Assembly (NCBI GenBank): GCA_964035545.1
Contig: OZ037766.1
Span: 22,494,767-22,558,766 of the forward strand
Length of the DNA stretch: 64,000 nt
Direction of reading: 5' to 3'
Origin: Bugula neritina
Lineage: Eukaryota > Animalia > Bryozoa
In this document: positions 23,091 through 36,631 of the stretch, one piece after another
Numbering within the stretch: the first letter of the stretch is position 1
Layout: the number at the start of each line of letters is the position of its first letter
Program-made: the position numbers and the translations under genes
Notes under the pieces: model-generated
Told to the model about the DNA's origin: nothing
Databases searched by the model: none
Seen by the model: only the letters and a program-made list of their open reading frames with translations

Positions 23091-23243
23091 CGTATAATAT
23101 AATATATATAGTACTTATTCCAATAGTTACATCAATAATTTATTATTTAAAACTAGGATTGTTCATTTTTAAAGTATTTATTACACCTCTTTGTTTACCT
23201 CAGCTTACTTAAAAAAATGCAAAAATAATATGCAAATTATATT

Positions 23244-26200
23244 TTATATCAGTGAAGTAAGGCGAGTTCTGTGATAATTGTTAGGGTCAGATAACTCCTG
23301 TTCAGAACCCACAGGCTCATATCCAATATATTTATAATAGTCTTTACACCCTTCATCTATTAGCTTCACTTGTTTAAAAGACAATGCTTTCTTCCATTTA
23401 TAGGCAGTGGCTACGCTGTCACGCCTGTAAATAAACAACAATCTTGAAATTACTTTTTGAATGAGTAATTCTAACTTTCGTTCAGAAACATAAATGTAAG
23501 CAACTAATGCTTCATTCATTGCAGAAATTAAGTTACAACTAGAGTACGCTAGCTGTCATCCTTCACTATAATAATTATATGATTTACTGTATTACCTGAA
23601 TGCCATATCAATATAGTTGAAATAATGTGCTTATCCAAACTAAACTTTGTTTCACTGATCTTACTAGCCCTTTTAAGCTCTTCAGCTACTTTTCTGACTA
23701 AAAACTCTAACAAAACTGTCCAGTTGCAACTGTTTCATTTTATTACATTTCTGATTCCTTGCTCTTTATTAGCTTTTATATTGAAACATCGTTTCTAAAT
23801 TTTCACAGTAAGAAATAATATTGATAAGTTATCAAAAGATAGATAGGGGGAGGTTCTGGTTTGCACTCAAAGGTGGAATTGCTGGGACAACTCAAAACTT
23901 TTTATATAAACAAAAGCACTCAGGTGTGACATGACTTATAGGCTTAGTGTTAAAATATTGCTAAAATAGCACCGAGTAGAAGAGTGACTGAATACAGTAT
24001 TTGTATACATATCTGTGTCCAAACTCAACATTCTCTATCTCTGAACCAATGCCATCAGTGACCCCAAACTTGGTGCTGCTTCTAGTGAATTTCTTGAATT
24101 ATAACAATTAATAATGTCTATCATATATGACTAAAGCTTTAATCAACTTACTTTTAAGTTTTTTTGTTAATTCTAGTTAATTTAGGCAAAGAAAGTTATA
24201 AACAGTGATATTTGTTGGTGGCAATTGCATTGTGTACTGATTGGCTATAAGAAATAAATTTACTAGCTGGTTTAGAAAGCATACCCTATGCCTAGTTTTC
24301 AAAAGAATAAAGTAATATTAGCCTAAACTGGGTAAAATAGTTTATGCCCCTCGCCGAATTTTCTCAAGTAAAGAAAGAGCTCGACTACTGCAACCCGTCA
24401 CATACAAAAACTAAACTCAATTTGTAGCAATAGTCAAATTAGAATCGTGCCCTCTACGTTTTATTGGTTCAGTGCAGGCAGTATTAACCTCTAAGATGTT
24501 TTGCGAGTACTGCATTGAGCTCTAAGCATATCTGGTGAATGAGCAATGACCTCTAAGGGTTGTTGGTTTCAGCTGGCTCTCAGAGAATCAGCACAAGCCG
24601 GACTTCATACAAGCTCTTCTCCGGAAAGCGTGTGAGGAGAGACTAGTCATGTCTGTAGATAACCCATGTTACATTCCACGCAATAAACCTCTCATCAAGG
24701 TGTTTAAGGATGTAGATCACACCTTCCCAGAAGACTTTACAGAAAGGTAGGGACTAAACTGGCTATGGTTATGCATTCTTTTATAAACTGGCTGTTCGTT
24801 GCATTTCTCATAGCCAGTCTGTTGAGTGCTGGCTGTAGGCTAAAGCAAACCTGCCAATTTTAATTTCAAATGAATTAGTTGTCAATAACAAAAATATATG
24901 GAATTTGAAGTATGAATAGCGGGACCTATAGGGTTTGCTAATGAGAATTGTCATCTCTTGAGATATCTAATAGTTTTTTGATTATTTATATTAGCTTTAG
25001 TTTGAAACTCATTTTTTGCGTTATAAAAAAGCAAGCATTGCCAAAATGTAAGTGGTGGCAACATTATAAAAACATACATGGGAATTTTATTCTGAATTAC
25101 AATTTTTTGCCATGAAGTTGTCTTCTCATCAATATTGTTGTTGATGTACAAGTATTTATTGTAATATTTTTATTAAGTAAATACTCTACTTGGCATATTG
25201 TGTTACTTTTTGCTGTTGATGTATAGTATTTCAGATTTGAAAGCATTTCTTAGTGTATAAAATGACACAACATTTAGTCTTACACCAGCATTGCTCAGTT
25301 TCTACATTGAGCTTATAATTTATTATATACTTTATATAAATGTAGTCTATACTTTATATAAATGTATTCTATACTTTATATAAATGTATTATATACTTTA
25401 TATAAATGTATTCTATACTTTATATAAATGTATTATATACTTTATATAAATGTATTCTATACTTTACATAAATGTATTATATACTTTATATAAATGTATT
25501 CTATACTTTATATAAATGTATTCTATACAATTCTAAGAAATTGCGTATAGGCTTATATTATAATACAAACTTTTCAATAAGTCAGATTAGAGTAGTTTAG
25601 CCATAATGATTTTAGGGTTGTGCTTTGGTTCCAACCTAGTCCATGTTTAAGGGTGAGCCAAACCACCCCCCCCCCCCATCGCTTATGTTTATATACTAAT
25701 GTTCTTACATTTTTATATTACCTACCTGAATACGCCAAATGCCTTTTCCATCTTATTGCCTTCCAGGGCACTAATGGCACTTTTTATCTCCTGAGGCGGT
25801 TCTGATAGACCTAGTGCTCTAAAGTATACATGGCAAAATACGTAGCAGGGTATATATAGCCTGGAAGTTAAAGTGAATCATTATTATAGTATGCAACTAT
25901 ATATTCTTTTGCTTTTTTGTATAATTTGCGGAGGCTTATATAGCTATCGCAGAGTAATAACTCAACAAGGAAGCAAGTTACTGTTCTATCCAGCTCTTGG
26001 TCTGAAATAGGATTTGTCCTCTCTTTCTATCTCAAACTCACCTGTATATATAGTTAGCAGCAGTTTTAGTGTAATTGGCTATATCTTCATAGTGAATTAT
26101 AACTACTTGTTGAGGATGGATTTTCTGTATTTGTTTAGCACGTTGTATATCATCTGCCATAGCCATACATAACACTGTAAAAGTTAGATCAAATAAAATT

Positions 26201-29200
26201 AAAAGCTACCTAATTTTAAATGAAACAAATCAAAAATAATTAAATTTCATGTTTTAACTGCAAGGAAATCTATTGGCAATGCTTGACCAGTTTTTGATCT
26301 GACTTCAATTATTGCATTTCAATCATATTCATTCTCTTCTGTAAATAAATTCACTTTTCTGGACTGGAACAGAAAAATGTAGAGCTTCAGTGAGTTAGTT
26401 TTTTGTAATGTTTGTATTTATATCATAAATTTTAATATAAGAGTCATGCTGAATAACATCTGCTAATGCAAGCTGATAGGTTTACTTTATATAGATGTAT
26501 GGTAATATATATAATTCCTTCACTTACCGTAAGGACGTTAAATTATTATTGCATTGAAACTTTTGAGAGGACAAGTTACTAGCTGTTTTCACTCATACAT
26601 AATATTATGCAACAATCTACCTGTAGCTCCTAGTTTTTACTAATTTTTTAACATGTAAGAAAGTAGACTATTTAAAAGGGTGCATTGCTTAAACATTTCA
26701 CATTTCTTTTAGTAATGAGGTTAGACATTTAGGTAAGTATATGCTGACTATTACTGTGGTTATTTTACTATATTATTTCTAATCAATTTCAATTGATGAC
26801 CAGTACTTCTTTACATATATATAAGCAAGAAAGATAGGTTCATACTCGCTGCATGTCTAAATATCTCAGAACTGTTATTAGCATATTTTTTGTCAGGACT
26901 GCCAGCTGTGTTAACCCGTGACCGCATCATTCCCCGGGGATCTCGTAGTAGCAATGCCACCTACATAGCACGATGTCAATATTACCAATCTGCATATAGC
27001 AAAGTTTATGTGTTTGAAAAATTAAACTATGCAGCAAAATGTGCTTTTTAAAGTTTTTAAAAGTGATAGTTACAATATGCTTATTACCGGCTAACTCAAG
27101 GATCCATAAATTCAACTTAAAAAGATCTTTCTACAAAAACTAAACAATAAAAATGAAGCTGTTGCCAATTGTCAAAAGATACCAAAACAGTAAGTTTTTA
27201 CATTATATCATGCTATTCCAGTCTAGCATTAGTTCCCACCACTAACTTGGTCATTCTGTAGTGGACAAAAGTATAATCCCCACAGTGTTCTGAACCCTGA
27301 GAACGTTTCAATGCATGGTTTGTCACACATATACTAAATGTTAACAGCAGAACTACACCTTCTCTCTTTTTTGATTATTTGTCAGAGAATATATATAGGC
27401 TATAGTAAATTAGAATTTAACCTTTAAATCTGTATGTTTGTTGTTATTCATCATCCTCTCCACTGAGAGCATTCTTGCCCGTATTGATTTAACAACTGTG
27501 AATCTTTGAGCTTGACATCTTGCAATAAACATTGCAACACAATCTAAAATGTTTTTGGCTTGACAAGCTACAAAATCAAAATAAAAAGCTTTTAGCTTGA
27601 AAGGCATTGAAATCTTTCTTTCATATGTTTTTGCATCGAACTTATTATCAATCACTCTATAAATATTGAATTGAAAATTTCAAATTCATGCATACATGTA
27701 TGCATATTTTGCATTTGAGTCAAAAAATTTCTAAGAACTAAAGAGTTTCCCAGAAAAGTACTATGGCAAGCATGAAGGGATTTCAGCTACAATCATAGGT
27801 ATCATATAAATCCATTTGGAGTTATGGTCTCTTGAAAGATCTGCTACACGTATAACAGACTAGCTGCTCTACACTTTGCATCCAAAAGAGAGGTTAATAT
27901 GTCATATTGAAACAGAGCTCATTGTGCATCAACTAATGATATATTATTAGTGCTATAATTATTGTCAAAAAACCGATGTCTATTTATGCTGGTATGGCTT
28001 CTAAAGACAAGCTATCACATTCAATGACTTCATCAGATCAAAATGCAAGCATAGCATATAAATATGAAATTAAACATAACTTATGGAATGCAAATTGAGT
28101 CACCATTAGCAATAAACCACATAATTATGTGATATTCAACGAGGTCAAAATGACACATCGCAGAAAAAGTAAGGTCATTAAACTATGCAAGTAGTTTATG
28201 CTGGGAAGAGAAAAGGTGTACTTGGCGTAAAATAAAATAGAGAGATTACTTTAGAAGTCTAGATATTGGTATCCTTATACTTCAATAAGATACCACGCCT
28301 GTTAACTGATTTCTGGATGTTTATCTATACTTATTTCTTCACTTTATTAAACGAAGGCTACATCTATATTGTGTACAATTTTTAGAATTCAAATACAGAG
28401 AACTTACACTTTAGCATTTTATCAGCTTGTGGAAACCTGCTTATGGTATTAAATGGAACTTCTAGAAGGTTGCATTCGAATATAGAGCTCATTGCGATGC
28501 TGGTTTGATTAACTAAATAATCATGAACCTCTTCGTGTTGAGAACTGATGTTCCTTGGTATAATTGAATGGAAAGGCTCAAACCTGAAATAGAAATAGAA
28601 TACATAGAATAGAAATCACAATACAGTCTCATGGCTGCTAATATATCAGTAAACCGGTAAATTGATGGCGTAGCATGAGCCACTTCACTTATAGCTGTCG
28701 AGCTTTTTCAAAAATGTTTTCAGTTGATTGCCCTCCTAGCTAAATATTGTTTGTGTCTCGTCTAATAAAGTTAAAACCAATTGAAAAAAACAAGTGCTGT
28801 CCCACCAGCTGTAGTTAAACTAATATTTCAAATGTCCTAATTACTTTGAAATTATAATGTATAACCATATTCAACTATTGTTTACAATATTTCAATTGCA
28901 CCTGTTTCAATTAAGCTTTCTTTAACCTTTAGGTTGATAGCCTATGCTCACTAACATTTATGACAACGATCATTGATGTCTCAAGTATGAAAGTACCGGT
29001 AGCGATATCAGTTAGTTAATTGCAGCTCAAAGTTCGAGTAAAGGCTATGACAAACCAACACTTCAATTTAGCAAGAATATAATCGGTATGTTAAAAGTTA
29101 GTCTGCTTACAAATAGAATGCGTCTGGGTGGCTCCTGAAAAGTTCTGAACTAAAGGTAGACCCAGATCTATAATAGCCCAGTAGTAGAATCTTAGCAGTG

Positions 29201-32200
29201 TCTTTTACCCTCTTCTTTGTGAAGACAGTTACTTGAGTTGGAACTATAAAGTTTCAACAAATTGCTCATAATGGAAATCACCGGCAGTACCTACATAATT
29301 ATTATATACCTGCTACTCAAACAGGACCAAGCATAGATAGATGAGGACATAACAATTATTATAGAGCTTCAAATATTTAATTCTCACTTGAGAAGATTTT
29401 GGGAGAAGTTATTTTATAAAGTCGAATTTTATTCAAAGGAGTTTTTGGCGGGTGAAACTTGGAGCAATCCTCTACAGGCCAGAAGCCATACATGTCCTCA
29501 GGTTTCACACAGTAAATGCACTCTTTCTTTGTGCATACTCTAGTCTAAAATAATATTTTAAGCACTATAGCTGCCTATTTTTACAAGTATAAAATGTGCA
29601 AAACAGTTTAAAGATAAGTTGATCATTTTATAAAAAAAACATACCCCTCTTTTGAGCTTTTTTGGCTGCATTGAATAGATGGTATATTCTCCATCATTGC
29701 AAACATAAGAAGAATTTTCCTTCTGGTACTTGAGAAGATCTGTTTTCTTGGGTCCAGCCCAGCATGATGTGTCAGATCCTATGTTATTGCAGGTAATACT
29801 TTCACAAGAGTTTGATGTACATCTGCAGCTTCTTGCAGAGTTGGACAAATATTTTCTTATTAGTAGACCAGTGGTGTTTCCTAAAAGATATTGCTTAATT
29901 TTAAAAATAGACAAATCAGACACTTAAAATAGACAGAAAAGCCTCATGTTACTATTACTTTGATAATACTGGTTGGCAGCATATCTTGACAAGAAGATCT
30001 TCCCATTTTATTGTCAACTTGGTGCAGGCTGTTTGAAAATTAAGATGGGTGCATGTTCAAATTCAAATACTGCATAACACCATATGAAATTATTCAGGTT
30101 TCTTACATAAATTATCTTTCATGATAAATATGTAATAAATATTTGAAATTAGGTAGACACCTTTATATATTTAAATTGATGGTTTTCATTATTTCAGCCT
30201 TTATTATACCATCTTCTTTGCTTACCACTAACTCCCACAATGCTACCAGAATTATTCTTTGCACAGTGTGAAGGTGGCTTGCTGTACATTGGATGAAACT
30301 GGTCTCTGCAAACACACCTCGAGTTGGACGGCTGTAAGTGTATATAATCAGATAGATTGCAGAACCTAAAACTCACGCAAGTTTATAGTCAGCATCCTTT
30401 GATGGAAACAGTTTTTGTTAGATCGAGCTAAGAACTTTTTCAGATGGGGCACATGAGCAATTATGACTGGATGCTTTTCCTAACATCACCAATGGCCGTT
30501 GTGTGGGGGCTCTAACCCCTAGACCACGGCTGCTATATGATAAAATAAAACCAATGAGTGTACTTGCCCTGTACATAATATTATGTAGACTACATCCACA
30601 TACAAAAAGACAGCTCAGAAGGCTAATAAAGGCTAATACATGTTAAAGGAACATACAAATATTAGGTTGTATTGAAATGGTATCTGGAAATTGTAAAAGT
30701 CTATGGAAAAAAGCTTTAGCAGCCAAAATTTTTATCTGAAGTAGATAAAAAGCATACAATATACATGCCTTTATATAGTTGTGTATCTCATATTCTGATT
30801 ATATTTTAACCAGTGTTTGTATAATAATTGACTTACACTGAATATGTAATACAAATTGTTCTTCAGGCACTTTAACCTACATGCTTCAAGGCTGGTAACC
30901 ATATTACCAATATTTTGATAGAAGACTGTCATGGCACCGAAACAGCCTATTTCTACATAGTCTACTCTATCCTGATGAATCGACTGAGGTAGTTCGTTTT
31001 CACGAATAGAAGAAATTGGGTTGAATGATAATGTTTCTTGGAATGTTTGGTTGGAATGGATTTGTACATCCTGTAGTGGTTTAGAATGGCCGAGTGATTT
31101 TCTATAAAACAAGCTTCCATTGCTATCAGGTTGTTGGCTGACTTTCCTATAAAATAAACAATATTCTATTATATTGATTTATTGCTTAAATGAAGCTTCA
31201 AAACAGACAAGTTTGGTGCTTTTAGCATTGCAATGAAAATCTCAAATATTAGTCCTATTTTTAAAGGGCTATTTTCAAAAATGAAAAGCATCAGTGCTGT
31301 TGTTCATATCCAGTACAATAAAACATCAAAATATCATAGTTAATCTATAGCAATATCTTAGCGCCTTATACTCACATATAGTAGAATATATAATATACTA
31401 TATAACATATCATATAACATATCATTATATGATATATTATATAATACATTTAATGATTCTTCTACAGCTATAGAAAAAATACTGCATATCTATGACTAAC
31501 ATGTGATAAGTTGCTAAGAATAATTAGCACTCTCTATACAATCACAAAATATGTACTGAACAGAAGTACCTCGATAATGTTTCTTTACCAATTGTCTGAG
31601 ACTTTAGTCTTAGCATAGGTTTGACGTATGCTTCATGCGAAGAGTTAGGCCATTCTACACAAATAGGCAGCAGAAATAATGCACATTTGCATTCGAATAG
31701 ATAAGGTAGTTCAGCCCTATTGATGATTAGCATAGGTGTCATGATACACTTGGAATAAAATAACATAAATAAGTATTTTGTTCAGCAAATATAGGTGGCA
31801 GTTACAGCAGCATAGAAACGATAACATTCACAGCATATCATTCCATGCATATTTTATTTATGTTTTCCACTTCATCTTTCACAGGCTCTATTTAATTTTA
31901 TATGCAAAATACAGTGATCTCACACTTGGTAATAACTTTGTTATTTTGGTCATACCATAAGTAATCATGTAGTTTGATTAAGGGAGAGAGCATCTATATC
32001 TTACCATAGATCTATTAACAAACCATAGGACAGTGTGTATTCAAGGTAAGAAACAATTTTTTCACATGTGAGTCAATATAAAGAATACACAGATTTATGA
32101 GTTATCAGACTATCAAAGGTTTAAGAACTAAATACTTGTGCCCTATTGACCTTTATACAGTCAATTTCATTCCATACTACGCCACCTTGATACAAGCTCA

Positions 32201-32332
32201 ACAGGCGCAAAAGTTACCTTATATTTGAAATAGAAACCCACCTGTCAAGAAGTTGTGGTTAAAGTAGGAGACTATGCATAGTCCAGCTGCCAATAGTGAA
32301 ACATGTAGAGACAGCCTCTTCTGACATATCAT
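23244..32332 (-). CDS. Carbohydrate sulfotransferase paralogue C, 13 exons, ~653 aa
   Basis: Exons 32332-32242 (MICQKRLSLHVSLLAAGLCIVSYF), 31654-31570, 31146-30837, 30331-30226, 29880-29645, 29544-29388, 29243-29111 (LLLGYYRSGSTFSSELF), 28583-28408, 27567-27422, 26960-26846 (LLRDPRGMMRSR), 26174-26042, 25818-25726, 23424-23244. Phases identical to A and B. Confidence 0.85.
24573..24746 (+). other. Orphan exon-like coding segment antisense within intron 12 of gene C
   Basis: tttcAG|...|GTaggg, 174 nt, stop-free, phase 2-2: WLSENQHKPDFIQALLRKACEERLVMSVDNPCYIPRNKPLIKVFKDVDHTFPEDFTE. GC content is coding-like relative to the flanks. Confidence 0.55.
25322..25528. repeat. ~22-bp minisatellite (TATACTTTATATAAATGTATTC)n
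   Basis: About 9 tandem units visible. Confidence 0.93.
30369..30533 (-). mobile_element. tRNA-Thr-derived SINE copy with internal deletion in the tRNA head
   Basis: Shares ggatgcttttcctaacatcaccaatggcc and ctagaccacggctgc with the other copies. The anticodon/B-box segment is missing. Confidence 0.75.
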
Positions 32333-35300
32333 CTTTGTAAGTTGGTAAGTAGAAAGAGTTGACGAAATACTAACTCAATAACAACCTACTAAAAGAAACT
32401 GATAGAAACTAATGTATACACATACAGCGTGATACTTTCTTGGTAGTTGCATGCAACTCAGGCTGATTATTGATAGATCTTTTGAAGTCGCAATAATGTA
32501 TCTCTAGGTTTATTAACCTTTTCAAGACAAATTTATAAAAGCTTGCATTCACTGCTACATGGTGTATATTCAATGTGCACACTAAAGATATATAATCATG
32601 CATTGTGGTATGCTGAAATATGTAATCATGATTATTATCTGCACATGATGATATTAGCACTGTTGGCTTAGTATGCTATTATAAATATAATATATCTTAA
32701 TGATATGTTGCATAAGCTTGAAATTCCCTTTATATAGCTGATTATAGCAAGGGCTTTGGTGATGTTTGTAATAGTAAAGATTTAACTTCTTAAGCAACCA
32801 ATGGTACAAATTATTTAATGGTAGGAATAAGAATATTAATATATTAGAGATTGAAATTTATAAGTACATATATAAGTTTCTAAAAATTAGATTTTAACAT
32901 TAGGTAAGTTACCATAAGGCTTTATTTTATAAAAACAATTATTTTTTCCCTAAAAGCAAAATCTCAAAGTTGTATTTTATCTAATTTGATACAAACGAAA
33001 CATTGTAGCTTGAAAAACTGTTTGTGAACGAAGCTATAACTGTCCAAACCTTAATGCTAAACTGAAAACAATATGCTCAAGTTAAAGGAAGAATTTACTT
33101 TGTACGCTGTTGCATCTAACAGTGTGTTATACATACACTCTGTTAGCTGAGAAATTACTACTTACCGCAGTCTAGTCACTGTAATACTGTCAGTCAGTCA
33201 CTACTAAACTCTCCATTTACAAGAATCTGCTTGTTTTCATATAAATGGCAGTTTAAATTATAAATACGTAGCTGTTTGCTTGTACACTCTGCTAACATGT
33301 TTAGTAGAAGAAATTTGATATACATACCTATAAATGAAGGACGTAATTAGCACACGGTAGGCTTGAAAATGTGTCTATTTAGAATAGCATACACTTAGCG
33401 TCTTTATATACCGATGTATTCTTTTCATTCTATTTTACTATTATAGGTTGAAGTGTTGCAGAGAAGTAGGGTTTGCTTGATTCTGCATTCATCACGTATA
33501 TTCATATAGTAGGCTATAGACTATATAGATTATAGAGTATCCAGAAAGGATGTAAATTGCAAAAAAAGCTGGTTTTGTATTGAGAAGGAAAGACAATTTC
33601 TATTAACACTTTTTACAATTACTAATTGGTTCTGCAATCAATAATGTGTTTTCATCGCTGCCTGATTATATAACACATTTTGTCAACAGCTTCTGGTGAT
33701 AATTGATAAAGAATGTTGGTTGGTTAACCCCAGCTTGTCTGCAGTTTGGTAGAATGCAGTGTTTTATGTAAGTATAGGGTAAAGGTAGTCTATTTTTACA
33801 TTTTTTTTTCAATTTATTTTCTGTAAGTTTTACAAATTAAGTGGCACATATATGTCATCTTTTTCATTGTGATGAAAGCACAGCACTGGCATCACTAGTC
33901 ATTGGTAAGAACATATCGCGTGCATATTTTACCTGAAAATTAAACTTATATATGGCATGTTACTTTACTAAAATAATTTTACTGAAGACTAAAATATTCC
34001 TATATTTTATGTTTTATGGCTAGTAATTCGTACATTTTTATCATGTTTAATAACAGTCAATTATTACAACATCTTTCTTCTATAATATAATTAAGAAAAC
34101 CCAAATCCTTGAAAATGAGTTTCTGCTTTCTATACAGACAGTTACACAGACTACTAACATGCCTTTCAACATTTCTAACAAACATTATGTCTACTGTACT
34201 ATAATGTTTTAGTTAATTCTACATTTAATCAATAAATTGAAGTTGTAAGAGCATGTTTACTATTATTTGTACCTATAGTCTAGGGCCTACAAAATTTTTT
34301 GTACAGTTTTTTCTTTGGTTTTATGTTACCCGTCTGTAATAGCCATTGAGTAGTAGAAATGATAAAAGTTTTATTTATTATAAACAAAATTTTTTATGTA
34401 TTAATTAATTTGCAATTAGCAAAATAATATTGTAATAAACATATAATTGTTGTATGTTTTGGATATAATTATTGTTTTTTCTGTCTATTCAATATTAATG
34501 GAAATAATAAAATGTGTATTTAAACACCTATAGAATATGCTTTGTTGAAAAAAACAATAAATAAATAGAATTCAACAATCAATTTTTTGTGTAGCTCTAT
34601 TTTTTTTCATATGACAACATGTAATATGCTATGCTGTGAATTGAAGTTGCAACTGTTGTCACTCTTAATAAGCTAATATTCACAAACAGAGGTAGCTGGT
34701 CATTACCTTTTTATTAGCAAAATACTGGACAGGTAGCTGTTGAAATTTAGGTAAGTCTTGATTGATCAGCTGCAAGTTTTGCATAGGGCTACTCACTATA
34801 CTCTGACTACTGTAACAGCACTCATTAGGTTTAACACTTTGACTTGGGATATCATTATATTTACAGAACTGATTATCATGCACAAACATTATAGATATAT
34901 ATTATGAGCTATTGCTTTGAGATATTGCCTATAGAACTGTTGTTTGTGTTCCAATGAAATGAGTGCGTGGGCTAGAGCACAATAAAATTCTGCCGAGTTC
35001 CAATATGCAAGTGGCTCTTGCTCAAAAGGGGTAGATTTACAAGGGTTTAGAAAAATCCAAGGGGAAATCATGGAATTTCAAGTATGCATAACTGTTTGAA
35101 TAATTTAACTTCAATATTTTAACTATAATTTAGAAGAATGTTATACACCCATAAAATTTTCTCTTCTTTATAATTGAAGTGTGCAGAGCCTATAATACGA
35201 TGCATTAATAGTTTTTACATATACCTAATATTCTTCTTTTTGTTTAAGCATTTAAAGTTTTTATTTCTAGAGGTTGCTATATGATGTCCAAATAATTTAC

Positions 35301-35810
35301 ATCAATTTCTAATTTGCACTAACAAACGGCACTTCTTTTACTACCATATTATATAAACAACTAAATTTTAACAGATGACATAACAGCAGAATAAACCCCA
35401 TCATCATGACATCATTTACAGCATATGGTTTGATGTCAGGATTTTGGTAGTTGATATCAAAAAAACATTAAAAAATAAATCCTGTATATTAAGTTTTGTT
35501 TGAAGAATTGAATTAAAAGTTGATGTGAATTGCTAGGAGTTAAGACATTATGAAATGTCTATATGAATATTAAAATTTAAAAATTTAGATGGCTTGAAAA
35601 ATATAAGGTGTGTAATGGATTGGTTACACAACTTTGAGTTATTTAGTAAAATACGTATTATTTTCATTACAGCAAATTTTACCATATTATTATCTCCTAT
35701 AACTTGCTTTATGCCTCCATTATCTTTTAATTCAACAGTAAAACCTTTGTTTATTTTCTGCTGACATTGGTATCGTACTTGTGCATGGTTATATGGTATC
35801 GCATCGGTGA

Positions 35811-36204
35811 CACGACATTTCAAAAATGACAATTAGAAAACACCTATTTGGAAAATGGACAAATAGAAAATGGACAATTGAAAAATAGACATTTGGAAAA
35901 TGAAAAATATTCAACATGGTCTAGTTCTGAGGGGTTATTCGGTGTCTGGTCAATTCTAGAATAGCTTTAAAAATAAATATAATGGCCGAATCAGTTGGGT
36001 CATCATGGAAGTAGAATTAGTTACCGAGTAGTTCTGATTTAAAATGGTTCACATTTACAAAAAAGCTATTTTGAACCCGACCAGATACTAAACGCCCCTT
36101 CTGGACTAGGCCATTTTGAATATTCTTCATTTTCCAAATGTCCATTTTCTAATTGTCTGCTTTCCAAATAGGTGTTTTCAAATTGTCATTTTTAAAATGT
36201 CGTG
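35811..36204. mobile_element. Foldback MITE with long imperfect inverted arms
   Basis: cacgacattttcaaaaatgacaatt... pairs with ...aattgtcatttttaaaatgtcgtg. The arms contain tandem gaaaatggaca subrepeats. Confidence 0.75.
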
Positions 36205-36366
36205 GATTCGTTGCATCATCATTGCATCATATTTGTGGCCGTAGCGTAAGTAATGAGTAATGACATCATTTAATGGCATCAAGCTACATACTTATACAAG
36301 TAAATCAGTTAAAAGTTATTATTACAGTCATCAAAACAAAGTTTGTATACACTGATTAGTAAAAGA

Positions 36367-36367
<1 letters not shown>

Positions 36368-36460
<93 letters not shown>
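36368..36460. repeat. (TA)n microsatellite, left flank of Penelope-like element
   Basis: Direct observation. Confidence 0.97.
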
Positions 36461-36464
<4 letters not shown>

Positions 36465-36578
36465 GTTGTAGCGTGAGGTTTTTAAAAACCGCAGATGAAA
36501 TAGTGCTCAAATTATTATGTGGATAATAATGAGCAATTATATTATTGAAGAAAAGAGCAACTTAATTAGATGTTATTT

Positions 36579-36631
36579 TATTGCGCTACTATAGTAGTTT
36601 TATGCCTCCTCAGCACTCCTCAGGCACAATA
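36579..36631 (-). ncRNA. Degenerate hammerhead ribozyme in left (inverted) pseudo-LTR
   Basis: UAUUGUGC-CUGAGGA-GUGCU-GAGGA-GGCAU-AAAA-C-UACUAUA-GUA-GCGCAAUA. The core GAAA is mutated to AAAA. Confidence 0.65.

Noticed and set aside
34680-35071. Two short minus-strand ORFs, and a plus-strand 'DYCNS' word hinting at an L2/CR1 LINE relic
   Set aside because: No further motifs or splice structure could be supported.
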